Shown here: positions 54,810-64,000 of the stretch, piece by piece | Layout: each line of letters starts with the position of its first letter | Numbering within the stretch: position 1 is the stretch's first letter | NCBI GenBank assembly: GCA_013359125.1 | Contig: JABWCR010000001.1 | Span: 84,475-148,474 of the forward strand | Direction of reading: 5' to 3' | DNA from: Armatimonadota bacterium | Lineage (GTDB): Bacteria; Armatimonadota; Fimbriimonadia; Fimbriimonadales; GBS-DC | Length of the DNA stretch: 64,000 nucleotides | Position numbers and translations under genes: made by a program | The notes under the pieces: model-generated | The model's database searches: none | What the model saw: the letters and a program-made list of their open reading frames with translations, nothing else | Told to the model about the DNA's origin: nothing

Positions 54810-57317
54810 TCAGTTTTCGGTGTTGCGATTAGTTTCTCCTGCCGCCCTCGGTTCTGCATTCCATAGCGATCGCACGAAGAAGTCCATCAGGCGGCGGCGG
54901 CCGTAGGGGGTGCCGTAGGTGCCGTGGCCGATGCCGGGCATGACCAGGAGTTCGAAGTCCTTATCGGCACGGATCAGGGCGTTGACGACCTGCATGGTGG
55001 AGGCCGGATCGACGTTGTTGTCCAGCTCGCCGACCATGAGGAGCAGTTTGCCTTGGAGTTTGGGCGCCAGGGTTACGTTGGATTGCTGGTCGTAGTGCTC
55101 GCCCAATGGGTAGCCCATCCATTGTTCGTTCCACCAGACTTTGTCCATGCGGTTGTCGTGGCAGCCGCAATCGGCGACGGCCGCTTTGTAGAAGTCGCCG
55201 TGCAGCAGCATTCCGCCCAGCGCGTTTTGTCCTCCGGCCGATCCGCCGTAGATGCCGACGCGGTTCAGGTCGATGCTGGGGTACTGCTGGGCGGCGGCGC
55301 GGAGCCATGCGATGCGGTCGGGAAATCCGGCGTCGGCCAGGTTTTTGAAGCAGACGTCGTGGAAGGCTTTGGAGCGGTTGGAGGTGCCCATGCCGTCGGC
55401 CTGCACGACGATGAAGCCGAGCTCGGCCAACGATTGGCGCATGTCGTTAATGGCAAAGTTTTTGCGCACGTGCGAACCTTGCGGTCCGGCGTAGACGTTC
55501 TCTATGACGGGATATTTTTTGGTAGGGTCGTGGTTCATGGGGAAGAAGAGGATGCCGTAGATGTCGGTTTGGCCGTCGCGGCCTTTGGCGACGAATCGGA
55601 CGGGCGGCTTCCAGCCTTCGGCGATGAGTTCGGAGGCGTCTGCGCGTTCGATCTCCATGACGAGCGAGCCGTCGCTGGCGCGGCGCAGTTCGGTTACAGG
55701 GGGCAGATCGACTCGGGAGTAGACATCGAGCATCCATTGGCCGTTTGGAGAGTAGCTGACCGTGTGCGTGCCGTCGCCTTGGGTTAGGATGGTCAGGTTG
55801 GAGCCGTCAAAGTCGACCCGGCAGTAGTGAACGTGGTAGGGGTCTTGTGCGGGGTGGATGCCGCCCGCTCGAAACCAGATTTGGCGCTTTTCGGCATCGA
55901 CGCGATCGACGCCGCGCACAACCCATTGGCCTTGGGTGATGGGGTTTTTCAGTTCGCCGGTCTTCATGTCGAACAGGTAGAGGTGGTTCCATCCGCTGCG
56001 CTCGCTCATCCAGACGATCTCTTCGGTGTCCCAAAGAAAGTGGCGGACGATCTTGTTGGTGTAGTCGATAAAGGTGTCGGTCTTTTCTTCGATGATCAGT
56101 TTGGATTGGCCGGTCTGCGCGTCTACGCGGACTACGCGCATCAGTTGGTGTCCGCGCTGGTTGTAGACGAGGATGAAGGATCGGGAGTCGGGCGCCCATT
56201 CCACTCTTCGGCTGGGCCAAGGGTTAGGGAAGAGCGAATCGTCGATTTCGATCAGTTCGCCGTCGCGCCATAGGACGGGTTTGGGATGGTCGAGGCGGTC
56301 GCCGGGTTTTTCATAGTCGAAAGTGCGGAGTTTGGGTTGGACTTGGTCGCGGGGGGAGGATTCGACGATGTGGATTTTGCGCTTTTCGCCCGGGGCGGTG
56401 CGAAAGAATACGGCGGATGCGGAGTTTGGAGACCAGAAGACGCCGCCTTCGTAGTAGCTGCTTTCGGAGCCATTGGTGGTAATGGGCGTTTCGTTGTCGC
56501 CGCGATTTAGGATGGCGTTGTGGTCGCGGAATGCGATTCGTTTGGAGCCGTCGGGGGATCGTCCTGCCCCGCCGCCCCCGCCCCCGCCTCTTGGGGCAGC
56601 TCTTGCAGGCGTTGAGCCATCGATGAGGGCGATTCTCGGTTCTGTGTCGGCTTGGAAGATGGCGAGGTAGTCGCCGTTGGGCTTTGCGATGGCCCATACA
56701 TGGCCGGCATAGGTGTGCTGTCTGAAGGAATCGCCCGGGGCGATCTTGCTATAGGCGATGGCGGCTCCGGACTGTTCTAGCCAGAAAAGTTGGATTTCGA
56801 ACGAGGCGGCGTTGACGAAGGTGACGAAGGTTTCTTCGCCGGTGCTGGCCGATGCTCTGGGCGCGGCGTCGGGATGCATAGGGGTCAGGCGGTCGCCGCC
56901 GCCTTCGACTTTGGTCAGCGAGTAGTCGGCGAGGTCGCAGCGCAGAGTTTCGGCTCCGACAGTCAGATCAACGGTCTTTAGGTCAGGCGCAAAGTCGATC
57001 TTCTCGATTGGGAGGCGTTTGGGATCGATCTCTTTTTGGAGGCGATCGGAAAGCGCTTTTGCGACGCGCTCGTGGTCAAACGCGGGCGCTTTGGTCGCCT
57101 TGGCGGCATCGACGAGGATGAACTGCTTTTCGCCGCCGGGCAGATTGAGCAGGTACCAAAAGCGGTCGCCGATCCAGTTGGCGCGCACGTCCGATCGGTA
57201 GACTTTGTTGGCAAACCGTCGCTGGAGGCTGTTGGCGCGGTCGTAGTCTTCTTTTGTGCCTTGAGCAAAGGCGGAGGCGCACAGAACGAGGCAAGATAGG
57301 GCTGCAGCTTTCATCAT
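54810..57317 (-). CDS. S9-family serine peptidase (dipeptidyl-peptidase IV-like propeller plus prolyl-oligopeptidase catalytic domain)
   Basis: Signal peptide MMKAAALSCLVLCASAFA. Nucleophile elbow GIYGGSAGG. Asp/His region ...GELDNNV...PG.GHG. Contains an unusual GGGGGGGAG loop. Confidence 0.88.
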   Translation of the reverse strand: MMKAAALSCLVLCASAFAQGTKEDYDRANSLQRRFANKVYRSDVRANWIGDRFWYLLNLPGGEKQFILVDAAKATKAPAFDHERVAKALSDRLQKEIDPKRLPIEKIDFAPDLKTVDLTVGAETLRCDLADYSLTKVEGGGDRLTPMHPDAAPRASASTGEETFVTFVNAASFEIQLFWLEQSGAAIAYSKIAPGDSFRQHTYAGHVWAIAKPNGDYLAIFQADTEPRIALIDGSTPARAAPRGGGGGGGAGRSPDGSKRIAFRDHNAILNRGDNETPITTNGSESSYYEGGVFWSPNSASAVFFRTAPGEKRKIHIVESSPRDQVQPKLRTFDYEKPGDRLDHPKPVLWRDGELIEIDDSLFPNPWPSRRVEWAPDSRSFILVYNQRGHQLMRVVRVDAQTGQSKLIIEEKTDTFIDYTNKIVRHFLWDTEEIVWMSERSGWNHLYLFDMKTGELKNPITQGQWVVRGVDRVDAEKRQIWFRAGGIHPAQDPYHVHYCRVDFDGSNLTILTQGDGTHTVSYSPNGQWMLDVYSRVDLPPVTELRRASDGSLVMEIERADASELIAEGWKPPVRFVAKGRDGQTDIYGILFFPMNHDPTKKYPVIENVYAGPQGSHVRKNFAINDMRQSLAELGFIVVQADGMGTSNRSKAFHDVCFKNLADAGFPDRIAWLRAAAQQYPSIDLNRVGIYGGSAGGQNALGGMLLHGDFYKAAVADCGCHDNRMDKVWWNEQWMGYPLGEHYDQQSNVTLAPKLQGKLLLMVGELDNNVDPASTMQVVNALIRADKDFELLVMPGIGHGTYGTPYGRRRLMDFFVRSLWNAEPRAAGETNRNTEN

Positions 57318-57378
57318 GCCGCTCTATTTCGGCGCGCGAGGCAGGAGTCCGCCTTAGTTTTGCCAAAGATATAGGGTG

Positions 57379-60300
57379 ATGAAAGCGCTCTCGACTTTGA
57401 CATTGGCATTGGGATTGATGATGGCGCAGGGTCAGAGCCTGCGAGCGGATCGGTCGGCGACCGTGGATTTGGCCAATGGGGCTGAGCGCGTAATCGCGCT
57501 GAACGTCTCTCCAGGCCATGTCTACTCGGTTACGGCGGCTGCGGTCGATCCGATGACGCTTGGCGGCGGGCACAAGTTGGGGTTTATCGCCTCGCCCAGC
57601 GTGTTCAACGTCGATCCGGCCGGGTTTGTGGCGCCCAGCGCGGCGGTGGTGGCTCAGTTGCTGGATTCCAAGGGCAACGAGGTCGTCAAGAAAGCGCTTT
57701 GGTGGGGCGATCCGTCGATCAGCGCGCCTTTTGCGCCGACGGGGGCGACTTATGCATTGCGATTGTTGGGGGTCGAGACGAAGGGGGCTCGGTTCAATGT
57801 TCGGCTCTCGCGATTGACGGCGACGCCCGAGGATTTGTATCGATTTGAGCATGAGCCGAACGACGATTGGCGGTCTGCAAATCCGATGCGCTTAGGATTA
57901 ACGGTGTACGGTTCGAGCGACGATATCGAGTATCTGTACAACGTCGAAGAGGGCAAGACGGGTTGGGATTGGTTCAAGTTTGATTTTGACGGACCGGAGA
58001 AATTGGCCTACTTTGAGGTCGATCTGTTAGATCGGGATGTCATTTGCACGCTGAAGCTGTATCGGGCGAACGGGCAGGGCGAGATCGAGGAGTATCGTGA
58101 GGGCGCCGATCCGACCGAGATCAGGCACGACGACCAAGGGGACAACCTGCTGGCGTTCAAGTTTATTACTCGGGTCTTGAAGCCGGGCAGTTATCGGTTG
58201 GCGGTCCGGTCGAACCATCCCTCTTATGAGCTTCGCACCGCGTTGTACGATCCGCCGCCCTACACGGGCCAGGACCTGCCGGAGGCAGGGCGAAAGTCGG
58301 TGCGGCTGGCGGTGCGCTATCTGATGGACGGCGGGGACAGTTTTTTTCACAACACGCCTCGAAAGGGCGGGATACGGGTTCGTGCCGAGAATCAGACGGA
58401 CGAGACGGAGCGATGTTTGACGTGCCATCCGGGGCATTTTACGACTTTCGCGACGCTCAGCGCCATTCAGCAGGGTTATCGCCCGGAGAATCGCCCGCAG
58501 TTTAAGTGGATGATGGACAAGGTGTACAACTCGATGGCGCCGTTCTACGGCCATCCGGACGCCTATTGGACGCGATTCGACTTAGCGCCGACGAACGGGG
58601 TCAGTCGCGTGGGGCACATGATTGCGCTGTACGAGCGTTATCTGAGCGGCCGCAGAACGGATGCGCCGACCAAAGCGGCCGGTTTTCCTGCGCTTGTGTA
58701 CGACGCTCGGGATCGGTTGCCTCAGGATGGGCACGACGGCAACAAGAACAAGAACTTCGAGTTTGACGGCAATCGGCCCATATCGGACTTTCGGGTGGCG
58801 ATGGACAGCTGGGTATCGATGACCGAGGCTTATCGACGCACGGGCGATCGAAAGTGGCAGGAGCGCGCTCAACATTTGGCGAGTTTGATCCGAACCGGGC
58901 GGCTGAAGGACACCGAAGATTATGTCGAGCAAGCCAAGTGGGCGATCTATCTTTCCGATCCTTCGCACGGATATGTAGATCATAAGAGCGGCATCTGGGA
59001 CGACTTGATTCGAGAGAATCTGAAAGTCATTTTATCGAGGCGTCAAAGCGACGGCGGCTGGTTGACTGCGGAGTATCTGTCGAACGAACATTACACGGAC
59101 GCGCCGAGGCAGGCCGCCAAGGTAAAGCCGGACGATCCGTCGCTGACTTTTATGACGGCTGAGGCGATCTATGTAATCGCCGCAGCGAAGAAGCATTTGG
59201 GCGAGATCAAACAGCCGGGCGATGTGTTGGACGATGCGAGCATTCGAGCGGCGGTCGAGCGGATTATCCAGCAGATGAATCGGTATGGGGCCTGGTTGGA
59301 CCAGAAGGGCGAATTGTTCTTTACGCCCTATTTGGAGACGAAATGGGCGGTTGTGATGCTCAGTTATCTTTTTCCCGAGACTTTGGCGCGGGTTGAGACG
59401 CCCCGCGCTCCGAAAGAGACGATGGCGCTGATCGATTGGTTGGACGGGTTATGGGGGCCTCAAGCGGATCCTGTTTTGGGCAGCGTGAGTCGGTCGATCG
59501 GGCATTTGAATCCTTACGTCCGGCGGAAGGCGATCGAGGCGGTTGGCAAGATGTTTTGCGATGCGCCGGACGCAGAGCCTGCCAAGCGATTCGTGAGGCC
59601 GTTGGTTCAGGCGCTTTCGGACAACGACAAGGCGACCTCATTGGCGGCTGCATGGTCGCTTAGGCAGTTAGCGAACATAGGCGTCGGATTGCCGGAGATT
59701 GAGGCCGCGCTGAGTTCGAAGAGCGCCGTGGAAAGGCGAGGGGCGGCCAGGGTCTTTCAGCGGTTTTTCTATCGCCTGACGGATCAGAAAGAGATTGCGG
59801 AGCAGTTTTGTAAACTGGCGGACGATCCCGATCCGATGGTGCAGATTGCGGCGCTGCAAACGTTGTGGCGATGGTGGTATCGAACGAGCGATGTTGCGCT
59901 GAAGCGAAACATGCAGCAGGCGATCGTCCGGGCATCCAGTCGATCTGAGCCGTTGGTGAGGCTGAACGTTGCGCAGGCCGTGCACAACATTCTGGACGAG
60001 AATACGGTGCAGTTTCACGACAACTGGCTGCGCGTAATAGCCCGGCAAGAGGACAAGGAGATCGCTCGACAAGCGCGATTGACGAATGTGGAGCGGACGT
60101 TAGCATTGGATTTGGCTTCGGGGCTTGGCGCGAACGATGCTTCGGCGCACGAGACCTTGACTATGGCTTTTACTTATCACTTTTTGCGCGGCGGTGTGGG
60201 CAACGATTACGACTTTTTGACATTTTACGATCCGGAGGCGGCCAGGACGCTGGCGGAGGCGCTGTTGCCGTTGCTCGATTCTCCCAGCGCGACGGCTCGG

Positions 60301-60486
60301 TATGGAGCGACCCGCGCAGCCATGGCGGTGCGAACGGCTAAAAGCGACCGATTGGTAGCGAAGCTATTAGAGCGGTTGAGGGATAGCGATGCGAATGTGA
60401 GAAGTTCGGCGCTGGCGTCGCTGCAACACGGGGCTTTTCCGACCGACTACACCAACGACCGAGCGGCCACTGGAGCGCAGAATTGA
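57379..60486 (+). CDS. large secreted multidomain protein: PPC-like domain, single CxxCH motif, prenyltransferase/terpene-cyclase-like alpha-alpha repeats, C-terminal HEAT repeats
   Basis: Signal peptide MKALSTLTLALGLMMAQG. EPNDDWRSANPM is a PPC-type motif. ERCLTCHPGH. RRQSDGGW and MNRYGAW are toroid-repeat-like. HEAT units: NPYVRRKAIEAVG, DPDPMVQIAALQTL, DSDANVRSSALASL. Confidence 0.8.
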   Translation: MKALSTLTLALGLMMAQGQSLRADRSATVDLANGAERVIALNVSPGHVYSVTAAAVDPMTLGGGHKLGFIASPSVFNVDPAGFVAPSAAVVAQLLDSKGNEVVKKALWWGDPSISAPFAPTGATYALRLLGVETKGARFNVRLSRLTATPEDLYRFEHEPNDDWRSANPMRLGLTVYGSSDDIEYLYNVEEGKTGWDWFKFDFDGPEKLAYFEVDLLDRDVICTLKLYRANGQGEIEEYREGADPTEIRHDDQGDNLLAFKFITRVLKPGSYRLAVRSNHPSYELRTALYDPPPYTGQDLPEAGRKSVRLAVRYLMDGGDSFFHNTPRKGGIRVRAENQTDETERCLTCHPGHFTTFATLSAIQQGYRPENRPQFKWMMDKVYNSMAPFYGHPDAYWTRFDLAPTNGVSRVGHMIALYERYLSGRRTDAPTKAAGFPALVYDARDRLPQDGHDGNKNKNFEFDGNRPISDFRVAMDSWVSMTEAYRRTGDRKWQERAQHLASLIRTGRLKDTEDYVEQAKWAIYLSDPSHGYVDHKSGIWDDLIRENLKVILSRRQSDGGWLTAEYLSNEHYTDAPRQAAKVKPDDPSLTFMTAEAIYVIAAAKKHLGEIKQPGDVLDDASIRAAVERIIQQMNRYGAWLDQKGELFFTPYLETKWAVVMLSYLFPETLARVETPRAPKETMALIDWLDGLWGPQADPVLGSVSRSIGHLNPYVRRKAIEAVGKMFCDAPDAEPAKRFVRPLVQALSDNDKATSLAAAWSLRQLANIGVGLPEIEAALSSKSAVERRGAARVFQRFFYRLTDQKEIAEQFCKLADDPDPMVQIAALQTLWRWWYRTSDVALKRNMQQAIVRASSRSEPLVRLNVAQAVHNILDENTVQFHDNWLRVIARQEDKEIARQARLTNVERTLALDLASGLGANDASAHETLTMAFTYHFLRGGVGNDYDFLTFYDPEAARTLAEALLPLLDSPSATARYGATRAAMAVRTAKSDRLVAKLLERLRDSDANVRSSALASLQHGAFPTDYTNDRAATGAQN

Positions 60487-60941
60487 CGATCGAGGGCGTC
60501 AGCCTTCATCCGTTGAAGCCTTATGCGGACGAGCGGGGCTTTTTGATGGAACTTTTGCGAAGCGACGATCCGCATTTTCAAAAGTTTGGCCAGGCCTATA
60601 TATCGCTCAACTATCCGGGCGTGATTCGGGCGTGGCACTGGCACGATCGGCAGACGGACTATTGGGTGGTTGCAAGCGGCATGGTGAAGGCGGCGATGTA
60701 CGATCGTCGAGAGGGATCGCCCACGTTTGGAAAGGTTCAAGAGGCGTTTTTGGGAGAGAACAACCGGTCGCTGTTGGTCATCCCGCCCGGAGTGGCGCAT
60801 GGGTACAAGACTATTGGGGATAAGCCGTCTCTGCTCATCAATTTTCCGACCGAAGTTTACAATCGCGATCAGCCGGACGAACTGCGGCTGCCGTACGATT
60901 CGCCGGAGATACCGTACGATTGGTCGATCAGGATGGGATAA
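60483..60941 (+). CDS. dTDP-4-dehydrorhamnose 3,5-epimerase-like cupin
   Basis: TTG start overlapping the upstream stop. DERGFLMEL, RAWHWH, GVAHGY. Confidence 0.7.
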   Translation: MTIEGVSLHPLKPYADERGFLMELLRSDDPHFQKFGQAYISLNYPGVIRAWHWHDRQTDYWVVASGMVKAAMYDRREGSPTFGKVQEAFLGENNRSLLVIPPGVAHGYKTIGDKPSLLINFPTEVYNRDQPDELRLPYDSPEIPYDWSIRMG

Positions 60942-60952
60942 AGGAGGCAGAG

Positions 60953-62053
60953 ATGCGGTTAGTCGCGTTTATGTTGGTTTTGGGCGTTTGGGTCGGCTTT
61001 GCGGACGACATCTCGCTTTTTGGAAGCGGGAACAGGGGTATGGGCGGCGCTGGGTTGGCGATCATTCGCGATCCCTCCTCGCAACAGTTTGTCAATCCGG
61101 CGGCGGCGGCTTACAATCGGTCGTTTCGGTTGGGCGCCGGCAATTTTGATCTGCAGGCGGAAGGGGCGGGATTTAGGCGCCTTTTGGACGAGATCACGAT
61201 CAAGCGGGGATCGCCGGTCGATTTATCGCAAATGGGACGGGTCTCGAGGCTTTTTGCGTCAGAGGATTCGCGAATCTTCTTGACGGGCGATTTGGGCCTA
61301 ACGGTGAGCGGCGTAACGGTGAGCGCGGGAGTCGTCGGCGAGGTGAGGTTTTTGCCCAATGCCGACCTTAGGGCTTGGGCGGCACAAAGCGGCAATCCGG
61401 CGGACTTGGGCAATGCGACCTTCCCCAATCCGCGAGGCGATTCGATCGCGCTGACGGCTGTCAGCCTGCCCGACGTAACCGCCGGTATCGCCATGCCAGC
61501 AGGATCAGGAAACATGGCGCTGGGCGCTCGAGTGCGGGCGATGCGGGTCTTCTATGCGCATTACATTGCAACAACGGCTGATCTGCAGGCGGGTAGCGGC
61601 GGAACGCTTGCGCCGGAGATGGGCGGCAATCGGTTTTTGGAGAAAAGCACGACCTCGGTCGATTTTGGCGCGCTGTTCCATCCCAATGGGGACGATAGCA
61701 TCGCCTATGCGATCGTTGTGGAAAATCTCATCGAGCCGGATGCGAACTTTGCGGCGACGGATACTCAGGGTCAAGCGATCAATGTGTTTCCGTTCAAGCG
61801 CTCGGTGCATTTGGGATCGGCGATGCGATTGCCGACCGGCGCATGGTTGGCCGCCGATCTGATCGATGTCGGCAACGAGACCCAGCGACAAGAGCTGAGG
61901 CTGGGCGTGGAGCAGCCGTTCGGGTTTGGGCTTTATGGGCGCGCGGGCTACGCTTCCAAGACGGGATGGACGGTGGGCTTGGGCGCATTCGGGTTTAACC
62001 TTGCCTTTGCCAAGAAGCTTCCTTTTCAGGTATCGCGCTCGTTGAGGTTTTAG
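60953..62053 (+). CDS. putative outer-membrane beta-barrel protein
   Basis: ATG 60953 with SD aaaggagg. Signal peptide MRLVAFMLVLGVWVGFA. Alternating amphipathic strands. C-terminal ...QVSRSLRF, an aromatic terminal residue typical of OMPs. Confidence 0.55.
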   Translation: MRLVAFMLVLGVWVGFADDISLFGSGNRGMGGAGLAIIRDPSSQQFVNPAAAAYNRSFRLGAGNFDLQAEGAGFRRLLDEITIKRGSPVDLSQMGRVSRLFASEDSRIFLTGDLGLTVSGVTVSAGVVGEVRFLPNADLRAWAAQSGNPADLGNATFPNPRGDSIALTAVSLPDVTAGIAMPAGSGNMALGARVRAMRVFYAHYIATTADLQAGSGGTLAPEMGGNRFLEKSTTSVDFGALFHPNGDDSIAYAIVVENLIEPDANFAATDTQGQAINVFPFKRSVHLGSAMRLPTGAWLAADLIDVGNETQRQELRLGVEQPFGFGLYGRAGYASKTGWTVGLGAFGFNLAFAKKLPFQVSRSLRF

Positions 62054-62973
62054 TCGCCTGCCGCTTCGAGCGCCTGTATGACGGCCAGGCCGTTGTTGCC
62101 GTCTGCGATGGGCGATCGGCCTTCTCGGATGCTACCGATGAAGTCTTGAATCTCTAACTTGAGCGGTTCGCCCGAGCCTTTGAAAAGCATTTCGGCGCCT
62201 TGATCGTTCTGCGTCAGGCTTCGCTCGAAGAACTTCTTGTGGAGCGTTACGGTCTGCTCGAGTTCGTCGTAGACGATGATGCCCTTGTCGCCGATCAGCG
62301 TGCTGCGTCGGCGGCGCTCGGGCCAGAGCCAAGAACAGTGCAAGTGGGACTGAGCGCCGTTTTCGAACGCCATGTGGAGATAGCAGTCATCCTCGATTTC
62401 AGGCTGGACGATCTTGTCGCCGACAAAGGTCGTTTCGGTTACTTTGGACCCGATTAGATGCAGGGCGACCGCCACGTCGTGCACGCCGATGCTCCAAAGC
62501 ACGTTTTCGACGTCTCGGATTCGGCCTAGGTTCAGCCGTTCTTGGTGGAGCGCCCAGAGTTTTCCAATGCGGCCTTCGCGGACGTATTGGGCGATTTTTT
62601 GGACGGCGGGCTGATAGAGCAGCAGATGGCCGACGGCCAGGACGCGATTTGCGGCTTGAGCGGCCTCGACGATCGCTCCGGCCTCCTTGCTGGAGAGCGC
62701 CATCGGCTTTTCGACCAGGACGTGTTTGCCTGCCGAGATTGCGTCGATGGCGATAGCGGCATGGCTTTCGGGCGGGGTGGCGATCACGACGCCGTCGATT
62801 CCGTCGTTCAGCATGGCTCTATAATCTTCGTGGACGGGGGCGTCGAACAGCGATTGGATCGCGATGCGCCGTTCCATGGAGGCATCGGCCACGCCGCCTA
62901 AGGCGTCCAACTCGTGCAAAGTGCGAACGATGTTCTGTCCCCACTGGCCGGCGCCTATCACTCCAATCTTCAT
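62050..62973 (-). CDS. Gfo/Idh/MocA family oxidoreductase (WbpB-like)
   Basis: Start moved to MKIGVIGAGQWG (Rossmann). EKP motif VLVEKPMA. The ATGA overlaps the upstream dehydrogenase stop. Confidence 0.85.
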   Translation of the reverse strand: MKIGVIGAGQWGQNIVRTLHELDALGGVADASMERRIAIQSLFDAPVHEDYRAMLNDGIDGVVIATPPESHAAIAIDAISAGKHVLVEKPMALSSKEAGAIVEAAQAANRVLAVGHLLLYQPAVQKIAQYVREGRIGKLWALHQERLNLGRIRDVENVLWSIGVHDVAVALHLIGSKVTETTFVGDKIVQPEIEDDCYLHMAFENGAQSHLHCSWLWPERRRRSTLIGDKGIIVYDELEQTVTLHKKFFERSLTQNDQGAEMLFKGSGEPLKLEIQDFIGSIREGRSPIADGNNGLAVIQALEAAGD

Positions 62974-64000
62974 AGTAGCGCGATCCTTTCTCGATTTTCT
63001 GTAACTTGACGGGTCGCGTTGCGGGTGTCCAGCACGGCGCGGGATTGCCGAACTAAATCTGTCCAATTAATGTAACTGTGGTCGGTGGCGATGATCGCGA
63101 GGTCGTAGGTTTCCAGCGCTTCCAGCGGTCGGGAGCGATGCTCGACGCCATCGACCTCGATGCAGGGCACGTAGTCGTCGTGATAATCGACACGGGCGCC
63201 GTCTTTCAGCATCAGGCGAAAGACCTCATAGGCGGGCGATTCGCGCCAATCGCCCAAGTCGCGCTTGTAGGCCATGCCGACGACTAGAACTCTAGCTTTG
63301 GACGGGGCGACTCCGAGCCGATTGAGGACTCTTTGAGCTTTGTCTCTTACGAACTCTGGCATCTTGCGATTGATCTCTCCGGCCAGGGCGATAAAGTGGG
63401 TGTTGAAATTGAACTCTTTGGCCTTCCATTCTAAGTAGTGCGGATCGATAGGAATGCAATGGCCGCCAACGCCCGGACCGGGGTAGAAGGGCATGATGCC
63501 GAACGGTTTGGTGAAGGCGGCGTCCAGCACTTCCCAGACATTGAGGTTCATGCGGTCGCAGAGCAGGGCCAGTTCGTTGACCAGCGCAATGTTGACCGCA
63601 CGGAAGGTGTTTTCGAAGACCTTGACCATTTCTGCGGCGCGGGCGCTGGAGACGGGGGCAATCTTTTCAATCGTCTGGCGATAGAATGAGACGGCGACTT
63701 CCAAAGAGTTCGGTCCGGCGCCGCCGACCACTTTGCTGGTGTTTTTGGTGCTGTAGCGCTTGTTGCCCGGGTCGACGCGCTCGGGGGAGTGGGCCAGGTA
63801 GAAATCAGCGTCGGTCTTTAGTCCGCCGCGCTCTAAGATGGGCTTCATCACCTCTTCGGTGGTGCCCGGATAGGTGGTCGATTCGAGGCTGATCAGTTGA
63901 TGGGGCTGAAGGCGTTTGGCTATCTCTTGAGTTACGTTTCGCACGTATTGCAGGTCGGGCGCCAGGTTGTGGGTGAGCGGCGTTGGCACAGCGATTACGA
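62970..64000 (-). CDS. UDP-sugar (UDP-GlcNAc/ManNAc) 6-dehydrogenase family protein, 5' end beyond the window
   Basis: PERV.PG, FPGPGVGGHCIP catalytic Cys, GMAYK.D..D.RESP. The ORF runs off the right edge. Confidence 0.9.
   Translation of the reverse strand, partial: VIAVPTPLTHNLAPDLQYVRNVTQEIAKRLQPHQLISLESTTYPGTTEEVMKPILERGGLKTDADFYLAHSPERVDPGNKRYSTKNTSKVVGGAGPNSLEVAVSFYRQTIEKIAPVSSARAAEMVKVFENTFRAVNIALVNELALLCDRMNLNVWEVLDAAFTKPFGIMPFYPGPGVGGHCIPIDPHYLEWKAKEFNFNTHFIALAGEINRKMPEFVRDKAQRVLNRLGVAPSKARVLVVGMAYKRDLGDWRESPAYEVFRLMLKDGARVDYHDDYVPCIEVDGVEHRSRPLEALETYDLAIIATDHSYINWTDLVRQSRAVLDTRNATRQVTENRERIALL

Noticed and set aside
56561-56600. A G-quadruplex in the G-run on the minus strand of the peptidase gene.
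   Set aside because: Only three runs of three or more G lie within a short span, so the canonical four-tract requirement is not met.

Overview
This is a 64 kb high-GC bacterial chromosomal segment, roughly 58-60% GC by eye, with a pocket of about 50% GC at 52.1-53.7 kb. It is densely coding, with about 60 CDS. I recognised no rRNA, tRNA, CRISPR array, transposase or integrase. The housekeeping backbone includes glmS, tig-clpP-clpX, hom, an accB-like BCCP, phoU-yggS-sepF, an ftsB/divIC-like gene, ltaE, ridA, an aldehyde dehydrogenase, hppD, yeaH-spoVR, and a TerC gene behind a yybP-ykoY-like Mn riboswitch. SepF, RemA, YeaH/SpoVR and apparent leaderless promoters sit alongside an outer-membrane-type beta-barrel and an exosortase. 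That mix suggests a diderm Terrabacteria-like lineage such as Armatimonadota, but this is inference only. Six points stand out. (1) A tight operon joins a UbiA-type (DPPR-synthase-like) prenyltransferase, a GtrA-like protein, an exosortase, EpsI and a degenerate ABC ATPase that lacks a canonical start codon; a remA-like regulator lies convergent to it. (2) Six otherwise unrelated secreted proteins share a Cys-bracketed double EF-hand (dockerin-like) C-terminal tail: SBBP beta-propellers, a WD40 protein with at least 13 repeats, and an unknown Cys-rich protein. No PEP-CTERM tails are visible. (3) A two-gene beta-propeller cassette is present twice, and one copy is truncated and frameshifted. 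(4) A modular intergenic repeat family occurs at 8 or more loci; its core is a 7-bp hairpin whose loop varies only within GNRA. (5) A low-GC type II restriction-modification pair is bracketed by direct copies of those repeat modules. (6) Several genes have a -10 box 5-7 nt before the ATG (leaderless geometry), and two genes have no canonical start codon. All functional calls rest on motif recognition by eye. No database search was run.
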